Positions 38,618 to 50,000 of a stretch of 56,591 nucleotides of DNA are shown here, piece after piece. The translations under genes were made by a program, and so were the position numbers. The notes beneath the pieces are model-generated. The model was not told the origin of the DNA. It was given only the letters and a program-made list of their open reading frames with translations, and did no database searches. Position 1 is the stretch's first letter; every line of letters starts with the position of its first letter. Origin of the DNA: Bacteroidia bacterium (GTDB lineage Bacteria > Bacteroidota > Bacteroidia > Bacteroidales > F082); contig JAUNNU010000002.1 in the NCBI GenBank assembly GCA_030537295.1, positions 1-56,591 on the forward strand, in the 5' to 3' direction.

Positions 38618-40318
38618 ATGACGTCATTATCTATTTTAAACTTGTGGAATACCAACCGCACCTTGGTGATTCTGATTGGTATTCTCATCGTCGTCGTCCC
38701 GTTCCTGGTTTATTATCTTCGTCAGGCGAAGAAATATCACCCGAAGGGATTGATAGCGGCTGCATTGAGCAACATGGGCGAGCGTTTCGGCTATTACATC
38801 ATGAACGCAATCCTTCTGTTGTTCTTGGTTTCAAAATTCGGCTTGGAAGACAAGACCGCGAGTATGATTTATTCCGTGTTCTACTTCGGGATTTACGTGT
38901 TGAGTTTGGTTGGCGGTATCATTGCTGACCGCACCCAAAACTATCCGAAAACCATCCAATGGGGCTTGATTACCATGGCTGTAGGCTATGTGGCACTCGC
39001 CATTCCGTTGTTCAGCAAGGACGCCAACGGCATCATCCTCGACAACGGTGGGGCATGGTGGGGCATCCTCATCTTCACATGCGTTGCGCTGCTCTGCATC
39101 TCGTTTGGTAACGGTCTGTTCAAAGGCAACCTGCAGGCTCTCGTCGGCAAGCTTTACGACAAGTTCGAGGCAGAGGCAGCGAAGAAAGGCCCTGCGGCGT
39201 TGGCTGAAGCCAAAGACCGTCGCGACAGCGGTTTCCAGATTTTCTACGTGTTCATCAACATCGGCGGCGTGATCGCTCCGTTCGTGGCTCCTATGCTTCG
39301 CACATGGTGGCTGAGGGTCCACAACTTCGTATATAACGCAGACATGCCGGCGCTTTGCCATCAGTATCTCGCCAACGGCGAACAGACACAGAAGTTCACC
39401 GAGACGATGGCCAACTCATTGGTTCCAGGCACCGCAGCACCCACCGACCTCGTGGCATTCAGCTCACAGTACATCGATGTGTTCAACACCGGCATCCACT
39501 ACGCATTCATCGCATCGGTCATCGCCATGATGATTTCATTGGTGGTGTTCCTCTGCACAAAGAACATCTTCCCGCAGCCTTCAAAGAAAGAGGAAGCCGA
39601 AGTTGTGGACTACACCGAGGAAGAAAAACTCGCCATGGCCAAGGAAATCAAGCAGCGTCTCTACGCTCTGTTTGCGGTTCTCGGCATCGCCATCTTCTTC
39701 TGGCTCTCATTCCACCAGAACAGCCAGTCATTGATGGTTTTCTCGCGCGACTTCATCATCACCGACTTCTTCCCGCCTGAGATTTGGCAAGCACTCAACC
39801 CATTGTTTGTCATCATATTGACTCCATTGGTGATGTTTGGTTTCGCTGCATTGGCAAGAAAAGGCAAAGCTGTCTCGACACCTCGCAAGATCGCGTACGG
39901 CATGGGCATCGCTGGCTGCGCCTACCTCTTCCTGATGGTGCTTTCAATCTCCTGCAACTATCCTTCAGGCACAGACTTCCGCGCCATGGACGCCGCCCAG
40001 ATGGCAGCAGCCGGTCTCGCGAAATCGGGGCCGTGGGTTCTCATCGTGACTTACTTCTTCCTCACCGTCGCCGAGTTGTTCATCTCGCCTCTCGGACTTT
40101 CTTTCGTCTCGAAAGTGGCTCCGCGTCACATGGTTGGATTGTGCCAGGGTCTGTGGCTCGGCGCAACGGCTATCGGCAACCTCTTAATCTTCCTCGGACC
40201 TATCATGTACAACGCATGGCCGATATGGAACTGCTGGGGCGTGTTCCTCGCCATCTGCCTCATCTCAATGACGGTCATGTTCTGCATGGTGAAATGGCTC
40301 GAGAGAGTGACTAAATAG
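38618..40318 (+). CDS. Proton-dependent oligopeptide transporter (POT / PTR2 family)
   Basis: 566 aa, polytopic. Has the ERFGYYIMNAILLLF PTR2 signature. A TACTTTTG box lies at 38568-38575. Confidence 0.9.
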   Translation: MTSLSILNLWNTNRTLVILIGILIVVVPFLVYYLRQAKKYHPKGLIAAALSNMGERFGYYIMNAILLLFLVSKFGLEDKTASMIYSVFYFGIYVLSLVGGIIADRTQNYPKTIQWGLITMAVGYVALAIPLFSKDANGIILDNGGAWWGILIFTCVALLCISFGNGLFKGNLQALVGKLYDKFEAEAAKKGPAALAEAKDRRDSGFQIFYVFINIGGVIAPFVAPMLRTWWLRVHNFVYNADMPALCHQYLANGEQTQKFTETMANSLVPGTAAPTDLVAFSSQYIDVFNTGIHYAFIASVIAMMISLVVFLCTKNIFPQPSKKEEAEVVDYTEEEKLAMAKEIKQRLYALFAVLGIAIFFWLSFHQNSQSLMVFSRDFIITDFFPPEIWQALNPLFVIILTPLVMFGFAALARKGKAVSTPRKIAYGMGIAGCAYLFLMVLSISCNYPSGTDFRAMDAAQMAAAGLAKSGPWVLIVTYFFLTVAELFISPLGLSFVSKVAPRHMVGLCQGLWLGATAIGNLLIFLGPIMYNAWPIWNCWGVFLAICLISMTVMFCMVKWLERVTK

Positions 40319-40380
40319 TTAAAAGTTGAAAGTTGAAAATTAAAAGAGCGCGAAGCGACGATAATTTTTGACTTTCAATA
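40319..40380. repeat. AAAGTTGA-type words arranged as an imperfect long hairpin
   Basis: ttgaaagttgaaaatta / taatttttgactttcaa, 15 of 17 positions complementary, around a GC-rich loop. Confidence 0.5.
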
Positions 40381-40385
40381 CTAAT

Positions 40386-40417
40386 AAAAAAGACTTCCGA
40401 AATGGAGGTCTTTTTTT
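40386..40417. terminator. Bidirectional intrinsic-terminator-like hairpin
   Basis: aaaaaa-gacttcc-gaaat-ggaggtc-ttttttt. Confidence 0.6.
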
Positions 40418-40439
40418 GTGTTTCAATACCTTAAAACGA

Positions 40440-40760
40440 TTACAGAAGTTTCTTCAGCATAAAGAAGATACTCTTTTCGACCGAATCAAACACACCGTCG
40501 GCGAAAAACACCTCTTTCAACTCTTTGATAAGAGAATTTTTTTCATCGTCATTATTTATGTACTGCACCTTGTTCGACTGAATCGTCTCAATGCGATCCA
40601 TGTCGCCGTCGGCCTCAAACCAGTTGTAAACACGGATGAAATCCTCCGGTGCTATCTTCGCGCCGATGGCGATTATCTCCTGTTTCGTGATGTTGAAATC
40701 TGCATCTGCCGCATAAAGCAAGCAATAAGTTCTGAATTCTTCTTTTGTCAAGTTCCTCAT
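40440..40760 (-). CDS. Small hypothetical protein (last gene of the dnaA operon)
   Basis: 106 aa. The start lies 2 nt after the upstream stop. The opposite-strand ORF 40368-40766 looks non-coding. Confidence 0.5.
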   Translation of the reverse strand: MRNLTKEEFRTYCLLYAADADFNITKQEIIAIGAKIAPEDFIRVYNWFEADGDMDRIETIQSNKVQYINNDDEKNSLIKELKEVFFADGVFDSVEKSIFFMLKKLL

Positions 40761-40762
40761 GA

Positions 40763-41500
40763 TTAATATTTTTTTCTGAATTTGTTACTATAAATTAAAA
40801 ACACAGCCGGTTTTTTGTTCCAGTCATATTTTATTGATTTCCAATCTGATATAGATTTGCTAACAATTTTTTCATCCGGCATCGTGATGTCGCAGGCCAC
40901 ACAAAGCATAGTGTTGGGATGACAGTTTTTCACCAAATCCTCTATCATGGCGTTGTTGCGGAACGGTGTCTCGATGAACAGTTCTGTTTCGTCGTTTGCC
41001 ATTGACTGGCGTTCCAACGCCTTGATTTTCTGGACACGTTCCGGATTTTTTATCGGGAGATAGCCGTGAAATGCGAACGACTGTCCGTTGAAGCCGGAAG
41101 CCATCAGTGCGAGAATCATCGCATTCGGTCCGGTGAGCGGTACGACTTGCATCCCGGCTTGATGTGCAAGTTCGACAACCAACGCGCCGGGGTCGGCCAC
41201 GCACGGCGTCCCGGCTTCCGACATCACGCCGATGTCGTTGCCTTCAAGCGCAGGCCCAAGATAAGTCATCAAATCCAAATTTCCGGGATCGTGTTTGTCA
41301 AGTTCCACAAACTGCAATTCATCAATCGGGCAAGGCATCTGCATCTTGCCCAGCATCCTGCGAGCCGTGCGGACATTCTCCACGACGAAGAATCTCAAAG
41401 TCCTCACAATTTCCAAAGTTCCGGCAGGAATCACCTGCTCAGCGTTTGTCGCGCCAAGCAGGGCAGGAATGAGATATAACTTGCCAAACTGTTGATTCAT
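40763..41500 (-). CDS. SAM-dependent methyltransferase of the tetrapyrrole-methylase fold (RsmI-like)
   Basis: LYLIPALLG, VMSEAGTPCVADPG and VVPLTGPNA align in pattern with RsmI. Confidence 0.8.
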   Translation of the reverse strand: MNQQFGKLYLIPALLGATNAEQVIPAGTLEIVRTLRFFVVENVRTARRMLGKMQMPCPIDELQFVELDKHDPGNLDLMTYLGPALEGNDIGVMSEAGTPCVADPGALVVELAHQAGMQVVPLTGPNAMILALMASGFNGQSFAFHGYLPIKNPERVQKIKALERQSMANDETELFIETPFRNNAMIEDLVKNCHPNTMLCVACDITMPDEKIVSKSISDWKSIKYDWNKKPAVFLIYSNKFRKKY

Positions 41501-41506
41501 AATATT

Positions 41507-42964
41507 TTATTGTAAGTTTTTTTCTATCTTTTCCGCCATTGCCTTGAACTGCTTATCGGTCTCCAACAAGTTTGCGACAGTTTTCAACGCATGAATCACC
41601 GTCGCATGGTCCTTGCCTCCGCACTGCTCGCCGATTACGATAAGCGACGATTTTGTATATTTCTTCGACAGATACATCGACAGCTGACGTGCCTGCACCA
41701 CGTTGCGTTTGCGCGAGGCAGTGAAGAAATCAGCCTGCGACGTCCCCATCTCGTCACAGACTACATTAATAATATAGTTTATTGTGACCTCATGACTCGA
41801 GTTATTAACAAAACGCTCGACCATTTGTTTTGCCAAACTGATTGTTATCGCCTTTCTGTTCAGAGAAGACTGCGCCACGAGCGAGATAAGGAAGCCTTCC
41901 ATCTCGCGGACGTTTGTCTTGATATGTTCGGCAATGTAAGTGACGACTTCGTCAGGAAGTTCGACACCTTCTGTGAAAGCCTTACGTTTCAGGATGTTGC
42001 AGCGTACATCGACATCCGGCGTTGACATTTCGGCGGAAAGCCCCCATTTGAAACGTGAGATCAGACGTTGTTCCATGTCCTTCAGTTCCGCCGGCGGCTT
42101 GTCACAAGTGAAAATCAACTGTTTGCCGGTCTGCTGCAAATGATTGAAAATGTGGAAGAAAGCGTCTTGCGTTGCGTTTTTTCCCGCCATAAATTGTATG
42201 TCATCAACGATTAGCACGTCTATCATCTGATAGAAATGCACGAAATCGTTGCGCGTGTTGCTCTTCGAGTTGTTGTTGCGGCACGATGACAGGAACTGCA
42301 TGATGAACTGTTCCGCATTGACATACAGAACGGTAAGTTCAGGATGATATTTCTTGGTCTCGAGTCCGATTGCCTGTGCGATGTGCGTCTTCCCCATTCC
42401 GGTAGGGCTGAAAATGAACATCGGGTTGAAAGATGTCTTTCCGGGATTCTTCGCCACCGACAGACCCGCCTCATGCGCCACACGGTTGCATTCTCCCACA
42501 ACAAAATTGTCGAAAGAATAGTTTTCATTCAGATTCGACTCAATATTAATCTTTTTGATGCCGGGAAACACAAACGGATTGTGAATCGTCTGTTCGCTGC
42601 TGTCGAAATCGATTTGGATCGGCTTCGGAGGATTCTTCGTGTTGGTGCGGTCAACTGACGGCTGGCGGACTACGACGGGTTTGTTTGCGTCGTTGTCCAT
42701 CATGATGTTGTACTCGAGGCGTCCTTCCGGACCCAAAACCTTGCGTATGGCGGTTTTCATCACCTTGATGAAATGAGTCTCCAGGTATTCATAGAAAAAG
42801 TCGGATGGCACCATAATCGTCAGGAGAGCGTCGTCATCGAGGCTCACCGGCTTTATTGGTTCAAACCAAGTCGAATAAGTCTGCTCCGGAACATTCTCCC
42901 TAATCATGGCGAGACATTCATCCCATATTTCAAACAAATCCCTGTTCATTTTTTTATCAAACAA
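41507..42964 (-). CDS. dnaA: Chromosomal replication initiator DnaA
   Basis: Has Walker A PTGMGKTH, AAA+ boxes and a C-terminal DNA-binding domain (VQARQLSMYL...DHATVIHA). Confidence 0.95.
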   Translation of the reverse strand: MFDKKMNRDLFEIWDECLAMIRENVPEQTYSTWFEPIKPVSLDDDALLTIMVPSDFFYEYLETHFIKVMKTAIRKVLGPEGRLEYNIMMDNDANKPVVVRQPSVDRTNTKNPPKPIQIDFDSSEQTIHNPFVFPGIKKINIESNLNENYSFDNFVVGECNRVAHEAGLSVAKNPGKTSFNPMFIFSPTGMGKTHIAQAIGLETKKYHPELTVLYVNAEQFIMQFLSSCRNNNSKSNTRNDFVHFYQMIDVLIVDDIQFMAGKNATQDAFFHIFNHLQQTGKQLIFTCDKPPAELKDMEQRLISRFKWGLSAEMSTPDVDVRCNILKRKAFTEGVELPDEVVTYIAEHIKTNVREMEGFLISLVAQSSLNRKAITISLAKQMVERFVNNSSHEVTINYIINVVCDEMGTSQADFFTASRKRNVVQARQLSMYLSKKYTKSSLIVIGEQCGGKDHATVIHALKTVANLLETDKQFKAMAEKIEKNLQ

Positions 42965-43133
42965 CTCAATATCAATGATTTACAAACTACTTTCTCTTAA
43001 AATTTCAAGTTACAAATATCAACATAAAAAAGTGAATAAAAATATTTTTTTTATATTGATTATTAATTATTTTTCACATATATTACGAGCGAAAACAAAA
43101 AAAATGCTTAAAAACAGACTTAACCAATTGATT

Positions 43134-43748
43134 TTAAACAGTTTTAATATATTTCACTTCAACTCCAAACAAGCGTTTAAACTTTTCAACAATTCTGTCG
43201 GATTCGCTTTGCCTTATTGATACTTCGAGATAACAGCGCAGTTCAAATTTCGGGTTTTGCTGTTCGAGATTCTCGTCTTTCAAGATTCGCATGACTTCGT
43301 TGAGCAGCGGATAATCAAATTCCAAGGAATACACCTCGTCTATTGTCTTTTCAACGATGGTGCAGTTGTCGAGGGCTTCGCGGGCCGAAGTTTTGTAGGC
43401 ATTGATAAGACCCGGAACGCCGAGCAGCTGTCCGCCGAAATAACGTGTCACAACAACGCACACATTAGTGACATCCTTTGAAAGTATCTGATTCAGAATG
43501 GGTTTCCCCGCGGTTCCTGAAGGTTCGCCGTCGTCGCTTGAACGAAAACACGATTTGTCAGGGCCAATCATGAAGGCGTAGCAATGATGTTTTGCGTCAA
43601 AATATTTCTTTTTTATTTCTGTGACATGCGCCTTCACCTCGGCTTCGGTATGAACCGGGAACGCCTCGGCGATGAACTTGCTGCCCTTTTCCTTGTAAAG
43701 CCCCTCGCCCGCCGTCGTGACAATTTTATATGAATCCTCAAACATCAT
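43134..43748 (-). CDS. YigZ / IMPACT-family protein (UPF0029)
   Basis: Has KGSKFIAEAFPV, HHCYAF, DDGEPSGTAGKPIL and VVVTRYFGG. The start is taken at MMFEDSY. Confidence 0.85.
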   Translation of the reverse strand: MMFEDSYKIVTTAGEGLYKEKGSKFIAEAFPVHTEAEVKAHVTEIKKKYFDAKHHCYAFMIGPDKSCFRSSDDGEPSGTAGKPILNQILSKDVTNVCVVVTRYFGGQLLGVPGLINAYKTSAREALDNCTIVEKTIDEVYSLEFDYPLLNEVMRILKDENLEQQNPKFELRCYLEVSIRQSESDRIVEKFKRLFGVEVKYIKTV

Positions 43749-43825
43749 CGTGAAAAAATTTTTGCAAAGATAATGACTTTTTGAAAAATCTCCCGATGCT
43801 TTTGATAATTTCTTATTTTTGCAGC

Positions 43826-44695
43826 ATGAAAACACATTCAAACTCAGTCGGCGAACTGCGCAGACGTTACGCCGCGATGCTCGGCAAAATATACGACACA
43901 AACGAATCGAACACGATGGTCATGATGTTGCTCGAACATTTTTTCGGTTTCAACAGGATTTCACTCGCCCTGAATCCCGATTTATGCCTTGACGAAGACG
44001 GATTCGAGAGACTCGACCATGCCGTCAGCGAGCTTATGACAAACAGGCCGATACAATACGTCATCGGGAAGACCGAGTTCTGCGGCATGGAGTTTGAAGT
44101 CAACGAAAACGTCCTGATTCCGAGGCCGGAGACCGAAGAACTTGTCTCCATGATTTCGTCAACGGACAACGGAAAACAGCCGACGGACACCATTAATATA
44201 TTAGATATCGGCACCGGGAGTGGATGCATCGCCGTCAGTCTCGCAAAACTGTTACGAAACAGCGATGTCACCGCCATTGACATTTCCGCACAAGCCTTGG
44301 AAGTGGCGGGAAGGAACGCCGTTTCAAACGGCGTCAGCGTTGATTTCATTCATGCCGACATACTATCGAGTCCTCATTTTACAAAAAAATTCGACATTAT
44401 TGTCAGCAACCCGCCATACGTATGTGAAAGTGAGAAGAAAAACATGCGGGCCAATGTCTTGGACTTTGAACCATCCACCGCACTTTTTGTCAGCGACGAT
44501 GACCCGCTGGTTTTCTACAGACACATTATATATTTCGCCAAAGGCAATTTACACCCACACGGTGTTGTTTGGTTTGAAATCAACGAGAACCTCGGCGAAG
44601 AGACTGCCGAACTGTGCAGAAACAACGGGTTCAGCAACTCTGTCGTAATCAAAGACTTATTCGGAAAAGACAGGTTTGTCAGGGCAGCTCTATGA
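43826..44695 (+). CDS. prmC: Release-factor glutamine N5-methyltransferase PrmC (HemK)
   Basis: Has LDIGTGSGCIA and SNPPYV motifs. The start is uncertain (43781 or 43826). Confidence 0.85.
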   Translation: MKTHSNSVGELRRRYAAMLGKIYDTNESNTMVMMLLEHFFGFNRISLALNPDLCLDEDGFERLDHAVSELMTNRPIQYVIGKTEFCGMEFEVNENVLIPRPETEELVSMISSTDNGKQPTDTINILDIGTGSGCIAVSLAKLLRNSDVTAIDISAQALEVAGRNAVSNGVSVDFIHADILSSPHFTKKFDIIVSNPPYVCESEKKNMRANVLDFEPSTALFVSDDDPLVFYRHIIYFAKGNLHPHGVVWFEINENLGEETAELCRNNGFSNSVVIKDLFGKDRFVRAAL

Positions 44696-44939
44696 TGTCA
44701 GACTTCATCTCCGCCTGAATCTGTTTCTCCACAAACCGCGCATATTCCGCGCAGAAGTTATGTTTCAACTTGACCGAAATCCTTCTCAAAAGGTCAGTGT
44801 CAAGCGACTCCTTCTTCAGAGTACGATTGAAATTGCCCGGGTCGCAATGCACACCCTTCGCCAACCACACCTCTGAACGTCCTTCGCTTTTCAGGAATTC
44901 TTTTATCCTATTCCCTACATGATACTCCAATTCACTCAT
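44679..44939 (-). CDS. Small XRE-like helix-turn-helix protein
   Basis: 86 aa. The GNRIKEFLKSEGRSEVWLAKGVHCDPGNFNRTLK pattern is present. Confidence 0.55.
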   Translation of the reverse strand: MSELEYHVGNRIKEFLKSEGRSEVWLAKGVHCDPGNFNRTLKKESLDTDLLRRISVKLKHNFCAEYARFVEKQIQAEMKSDIIELP

Positions 44940-45110
44940 TTTTTACAAGATTTTATTCGCAAAATTAAACAAAATATTGATTTTCAAGCCGTTTTGTGAT
45001 AGCGTATTTAACAATATATATTGCTATATTTCACCTTTTTATTTATCAAATTATACAATATGCATTGCTATCAACCTGAACGGCGACTCAATTTCTTGTA
45101 TATAAGTACC

Positions 45111-45149
45111 AAAAAAGTCAAAAATGTTACATGCATTTTTGACTTTTTT
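45111..45149. terminator. Bidirectional intrinsic-terminator-like hairpin
   Basis: aaaaaa-gtcaaaaatg-ttacatg-catttttgac-tttttt. Confidence 0.6.
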
Positions 45150-45184
45150 ACAAATAAAATTTATTCGTACTTGAAAATATATCT

Positions 45185-46504
45185 TTAGAAGAATATCAGC
45201 TGGACGATAACGTAAACAGGCAGCACGAATATTATTGCGAACTTGTAGATATATTTGAAGAAGTCGGGCATTTTGATTCCGCTCTGCTCGGCGATTGCCT
45301 TGACCATGAAGTTCGGGCCGTTGCCGATATAGGTCATCGCACCGAAGAACACTGCCGCTGTGGAAATAGCTCTGAGGAGGAACTCCGGAACGCCTGCGAC
45401 CATCGTTCCGGCGAAACCGGTGTAGTCGAGACCGAGAGCCACGCTGTGGAACGCCAACGCGGTCGGGGTGTTGTCGAGGAACGAGCTGAGCGCACCCGTC
45501 ATGTAATAGAACTGGTAATCTTTTTCGAGACCCATGTTTGGCGCATTGTTCTGCAAATACATGAGTGCCGGCACCATCGTGATGAAAATTCCGATGAACA
45601 AGGCCGCGACTTCCAAGATTGGCGTCCAGCTGAACTTGTTGTCTTCGAAACGCGTCTTTTTGTTCGTCAGAAGCATTGAAAGCAATCCGATTATGATAAG
45701 GGCACCGCTTTGTATAAGTTTGAGCATGTTGTCGTTCTTGGCCGGATCGTCGGACACCACAAAATAATTTTTGTTTATGAACGCCACCGATGCGATGACA
45801 CCTAAAAGAAGAACAAAGTTGATTTTGCCATCTACCTTAAGTGGTTCACGTTCAGCTGCATCACGGCGAAGGCTTAACACATTTTCTTTTTTGTACATTA
45901 TTGTATCATAAATGAAATAGATCAGCAGAAGCAGCAAGCCGGCGACAAGCCATTCGGCGAAGAGGCCGAAGAACCAGCCGAACGATGCGCCGCGCAGGTA
46001 AAGCATGAAGAGCGGCGGGTCGCCGAGCGGGGTGAGAAGACCGCCGCAGTTCGCGACGATTGCGATGAAGAAAAGCACAGTATGAACCGTGTGCTTGCGT
46101 TGCTTGTTGATATTCAGGAGCGGACGGATGAGAAGCATCGCGGCGCCGGTCGTTCCCATGAACGAAGCCAGCATCATACCTATCGCGAGCATGACAGTGT
46201 TGTTGATCGGCTTCGCCTCCAAATCGATGTTGATGAAAATGCCGCCGGTCACGATGAATAGCGAGAGCAGCAACGCGATGAACGGGACGTAATCATACAC
46301 AACCTGATGTATGATATTGTGTGTCATCCCGTTAGCGGCGAAAATTGCTATCACCGGAATCGATAAAATTATTGAGACAATCAGTTTGTTACGGTTGCTT
46401 TCCCAGAAATGCTCGGTCTTTTTCACAAGCGGGAACACCGCTATCGACAGGAGCATAAGAACAAACGGGACAAGCGTCCAAAGTGGAATGGAAGTAGTAC
46501 TCAT
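45185..46504 (-). CDS. Polytopic ion transporter of the ArsB / NhaD / CitMHS permease superfamily
   Basis: About 440 aa with at least 10 hydrophobic segments. The start is taken at MSTTSIPLW. Confidence 0.7.
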   Translation of the reverse strand: MSTTSIPLWTLVPFVLMLLSIAVFPLVKKTEHFWESNRNKLIVSIILSIPVIAIFAANGMTHNIIHQVVYDYVPFIALLLSLFIVTGGIFINIDLEAKPINNTVMLAIGMMLASFMGTTGAAMLLIRPLLNINKQRKHTVHTVLFFIAIVANCGGLLTPLGDPPLFMLYLRGASFGWFFGLFAEWLVAGLLLLLIYFIYDTIMYKKENVLSLRRDAAEREPLKVDGKINFVLLLGVIASVAFINKNYFVVSDDPAKNDNMLKLIQSGALIIIGLLSMLLTNKKTRFEDNKFSWTPILEVAALFIGIFITMVPALMYLQNNAPNMGLEKDYQFYYMTGALSSFLDNTPTALAFHSVALGLDYTGFAGTMVAGVPEFLLRAISTAAVFFGAMTYIGNGPNFMVKAIAEQSGIKMPDFFKYIYKFAIIFVLPVYVIVQLIFF

Positions 46505-46629
46505 AGTTCTAATTTTTGTAAAAGTGTGCAAAGTTACGATTTTTTTTACATGGAACACAAATATTCTCTAAAAGTTTTGCCATTATCAATCTTTTTCCGA
46601 AAACGAGAGTGTCACATCGTATTTTTTTG

Positions 46630-46637
46630 TAATTTTG
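46630..46637 (+). promoter_or_regulatory. -7 box TAATTTTG upstream of rnpB
   Basis: It ends 6 nt before the inferred RNA 5' end. Confidence 0.55.
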
Positions 46638-46643
46638 CAGCCT

Positions 46644-46996
46644 GAAAAGCGACTGTCGCGGGCGTATTTTACGCGTGAGGAAAGTCGGGACAGCACAGAG
46701 CGACATACTTCCTAACGGGAAGCCTTTGGAGACAAAGGAAGAAAGTGCCACAGAAAATTACCGCCCGAAAGGGTAAGGGTGAAAACGCGAGGCAAGAGCT
46801 CACGCATCTCCGTGGTGACACGGACCTGGGGTAAACCTTATGGGCTGCAAAACCAAATATACCGATGATGGCCTTCGGGCTGAAAGGGCTGCTCGTCCGA
46901 GTCGGGTGGGTGGGTTGCTAAAGCCTTCCGGTGACGGCTGGCTTAGAGAAATGACAGTCACTCAGAAATGAGAACAGAATCCCGCTTACGCTTTTC
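46644..46996 (+). ncRNA. rnpB: RNase P RNA, bacterial type A
   Basis: GAGGAAAGTCGGGAC, ACAGAAA, AGGGTGAAA and ACAGAATCCCGCTTA blocks are present. The P1 (gaaaagc / gcttttc) and P2 (gactgtc / gacagtc) pairings were read by eye. Confidence 0.85.
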
Positions 46997-46999
46997 TTT

Positions 47000-47035
47000 C
47001 GCCTTTGGATGCACATCCAAAGGCGAAATTTTTAC
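47000..47035 (+). terminator. Intrinsic terminator after rnpB
   Basis: cgcctttggat-gcac-atccaaaggcg followed by aaattttt. Confidence 0.7.
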
Positions 47036-47091
47036 ATAATAAACGCTTTGGAATTACGTTTTTCTTAGTAATTTCGCAAAAAATTTGATTT

Positions 47092-50000
47092 ATGACAACA
47101 ATGAAAAGAATATTAGCGTCCCTGACGTTTTTTCTGATTACAACTTATTCATTATCAGCTCAAAAACGCCTTGCGCAATATGAACCTGAAGCCATTTTCA
47201 ACGAAGCAAAAATATTATTTGAAAACAAAAACTACGGCTCGGCGACAGAACTTTTCCACCAATATCTTGAAGCTGCGGCAGACAATGAAAACCGTCACAC
47301 AGTGGAAGCGAAATTTTACGAAGCCGTCGGTTCAGCTTACATCGGTGAAGGCCAGCAACTGATTCTGAATTTTGTGCATGAGAATCCGGCAAGCATCTTG
47401 GCGACAAAGGCCAATTTATTGTATGCCAATATGTTACTCGAAAACAAAAAATATCGCGACGCAATAAAGATTTATGAGTCAATCAATCCGGGCATGCTTT
47501 CCGGCGAAGAGAAATCGGAATACAATTTCAAGAAAGCGATCTCACTTTATCAGGTGAACGATGTGACGGAAGCGACTCCGTTGTTCCACGACGCCGCACT
47601 GAAAGAAAGTGCATATCAAGACGATGCACGTTACTATTACGCTCACATTCAATACCTTGACAAGAATTACGATGAGGCGAAGAAGTATTTCAAGCTGATT
47701 GAAAACACGCCGAAGTACAAGGACATCGTTCCAAATTACATGATGCAGATGAACTTCTCCGGCGGCGACTTCTCCGCCGTGACCAACAACGCCGACAACG
47801 CACTCGCCAATGCAGACAAAGGCCGTAAAGGTGAGCTGGCGATGATGATTGCGGAAGCGTGGTATCAACAGAGGAATTTCACGAAAGCACTTGACTATTA
47901 TAATATTGCAAAAGAAAACATGAAACGCGCCTTCCCCCGCGAAGTCGAGTTCAGAATCGGATTCTGCAAGATGAAAGCCGCCGATTACAACGCCGCCATC
48001 GGACATTTTCAGAACGCGACAAGGAAAAACGACGACGAGCTTGGCCAGTTCGGCTCGTATTACATGGCGCAATGCTACATCGAGACACATCAGGAGAAGT
48101 TCGCACGCAACGCCTTCCTCGCCGCATACAAATCAGGCTTCGACCGCGAGATGAGCGAGGACGCGTTATTCAACTACGCCAAGCTGAGTTTCATACCCGG
48201 CGTCGATCCGTTCAACGATGCCGTCACGCAACTCAATGATTTTCTTGACAAAAACCCGCAGTCGAAACGCGCCGACGAAGCCCGTCTGATTGTTGTTCAT
48301 CTTCTTTTAAACGCGAAAGACTACAACAAGGCGTTGCTGGCTCTCGAACGCTACAATAAAATGGATGCCGAGATGGAGAAGATTTACGCCCAGCTCACGT
48401 ATAACATTGCTGTTCAATCGTATTCCAACAAAGATTACGACAATGCGATAGTATATTTCAACAAAACCATCAAGAGCGGCTGTGTTTCCGACAACCTACG
48501 TGCCGACGCGACTTACTGGCTCGCCGACGCATATCTGCAGAAAAAAGACATCGACAATGCCGAGAAAAACCTTCTGGCATTCATCAAGATGCCAGCGGCG
48601 GAACGCTCGGAAATGTTTCCGATTTCATATTACAACTTCGGTTACATCGCATACCAGAAAGGCGACTTCGCCGACGCAGCCAAGGAATTCGCCTATTTCG
48701 TGAACAAAAATGACGTCGAAAAAAGCTACGAATCCGATGCATGGATGCGCATCGGCGACTGCTATTTCATGAGCAAGAACTACAACAAAGCGATATCAGC
48801 CTACGGCAACGCATCAAAACTCGACTCCAAAAACGCAGATTACGCGATGTTCCAGACCGGCATGGGCTACGGAGCACTCGGCGATATGAACAGCAAAGTG
48901 AACAGCATGAACACTTTATGCGAAAATCACAAGAACTCATCGTTCTACGACAGAGCTTTGTATGAAATCGGGATGGCACATCTCGGAGCCAACGACGAGC
49001 GTTCAGCCATCAACGCCTTCGACCGCCTTGTAAAAGAACGCCCGCGCTCATCTTTCGCACGACAAGGCCTGATGAAAATCGGGATGCTGTACTACAACAA
49101 CGACCAGTATGAACAGGCACTGACATCACTGCAAAAGGTGGTGAAAGACCATCCGAACACCGAAGAGGCACGTGAGGCTATTAATATAATAAGGAGTATA
49201 TTCATGGAGACCAACCGCACGCAGGAGTTTTTTGAATTTGCTTACGACTGCGGCATCAACACAAGCGTTTCCGAAAAAGACTCCATAGCGTTCAGGACTG
49301 CCGAGAGATTTTTCCAGGAAGGCAATTACGATGAGGCATTTAACGCTGCAAAAAAATACATCGAACACAACAAAAAGGGCGCATACCTTCTGAAAGTCAA
49401 TTACTTCGCACTCACCTCACTCGAAAAGACAGGCAGAGCGAATGAGACAAAGCCGTATCTCGAATACATCATCTCACAACCCGACAACGACTATACCGAC
49501 AACTCACTCCTGAAATTAGCCAAGATGGAATTTGACGCCAATGATTTTTCAAAAGCCAACAGTTATTGCGCAAGACTCTTGAATATCACTGAAAATCAAA
49601 AGATTAAGACAGAGGCACTTGAAAAAAGCATGATTTGCGAATATAAACTCGGCAACTACCAGAAAGCAATTGAGGCTGGAAATTCATTGGCGACAATGGA
49701 TTTGACGCAAACACAAAAAAACATGATGAACCACGCAGTCGGAATGTCGATGTTTCACCTGAAAGACTATGTTTCGGCGGCAATAAAACTTGAGACATGC
49801 GCACGCAACGACAGAACCGAGACCGGTGCCGAAGCGGCATATCACGACGTCCTTGCAAATTGGAACATGAAGGAAATCGACAAAACCGAAAGCAAGGTTT
49901 TTTACATTTCCGACAACTTCGGAAATTACAACTATTTGGTTGCCAAGTCGTTCCTGGTTCTCAGCGACGTTTACATTGCAAAAGGAAATTCATTCCAAGC

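Noticed and set aside
40368-40766. 132-aa plus-strand ORF
   Set aside because: The minus-strand ORF 40440-40760 fits the operon spacing (2 nt after the upstream stop) and has protein-like composition. The plus-strand ORF also crosses the terminator at 40386-40417.
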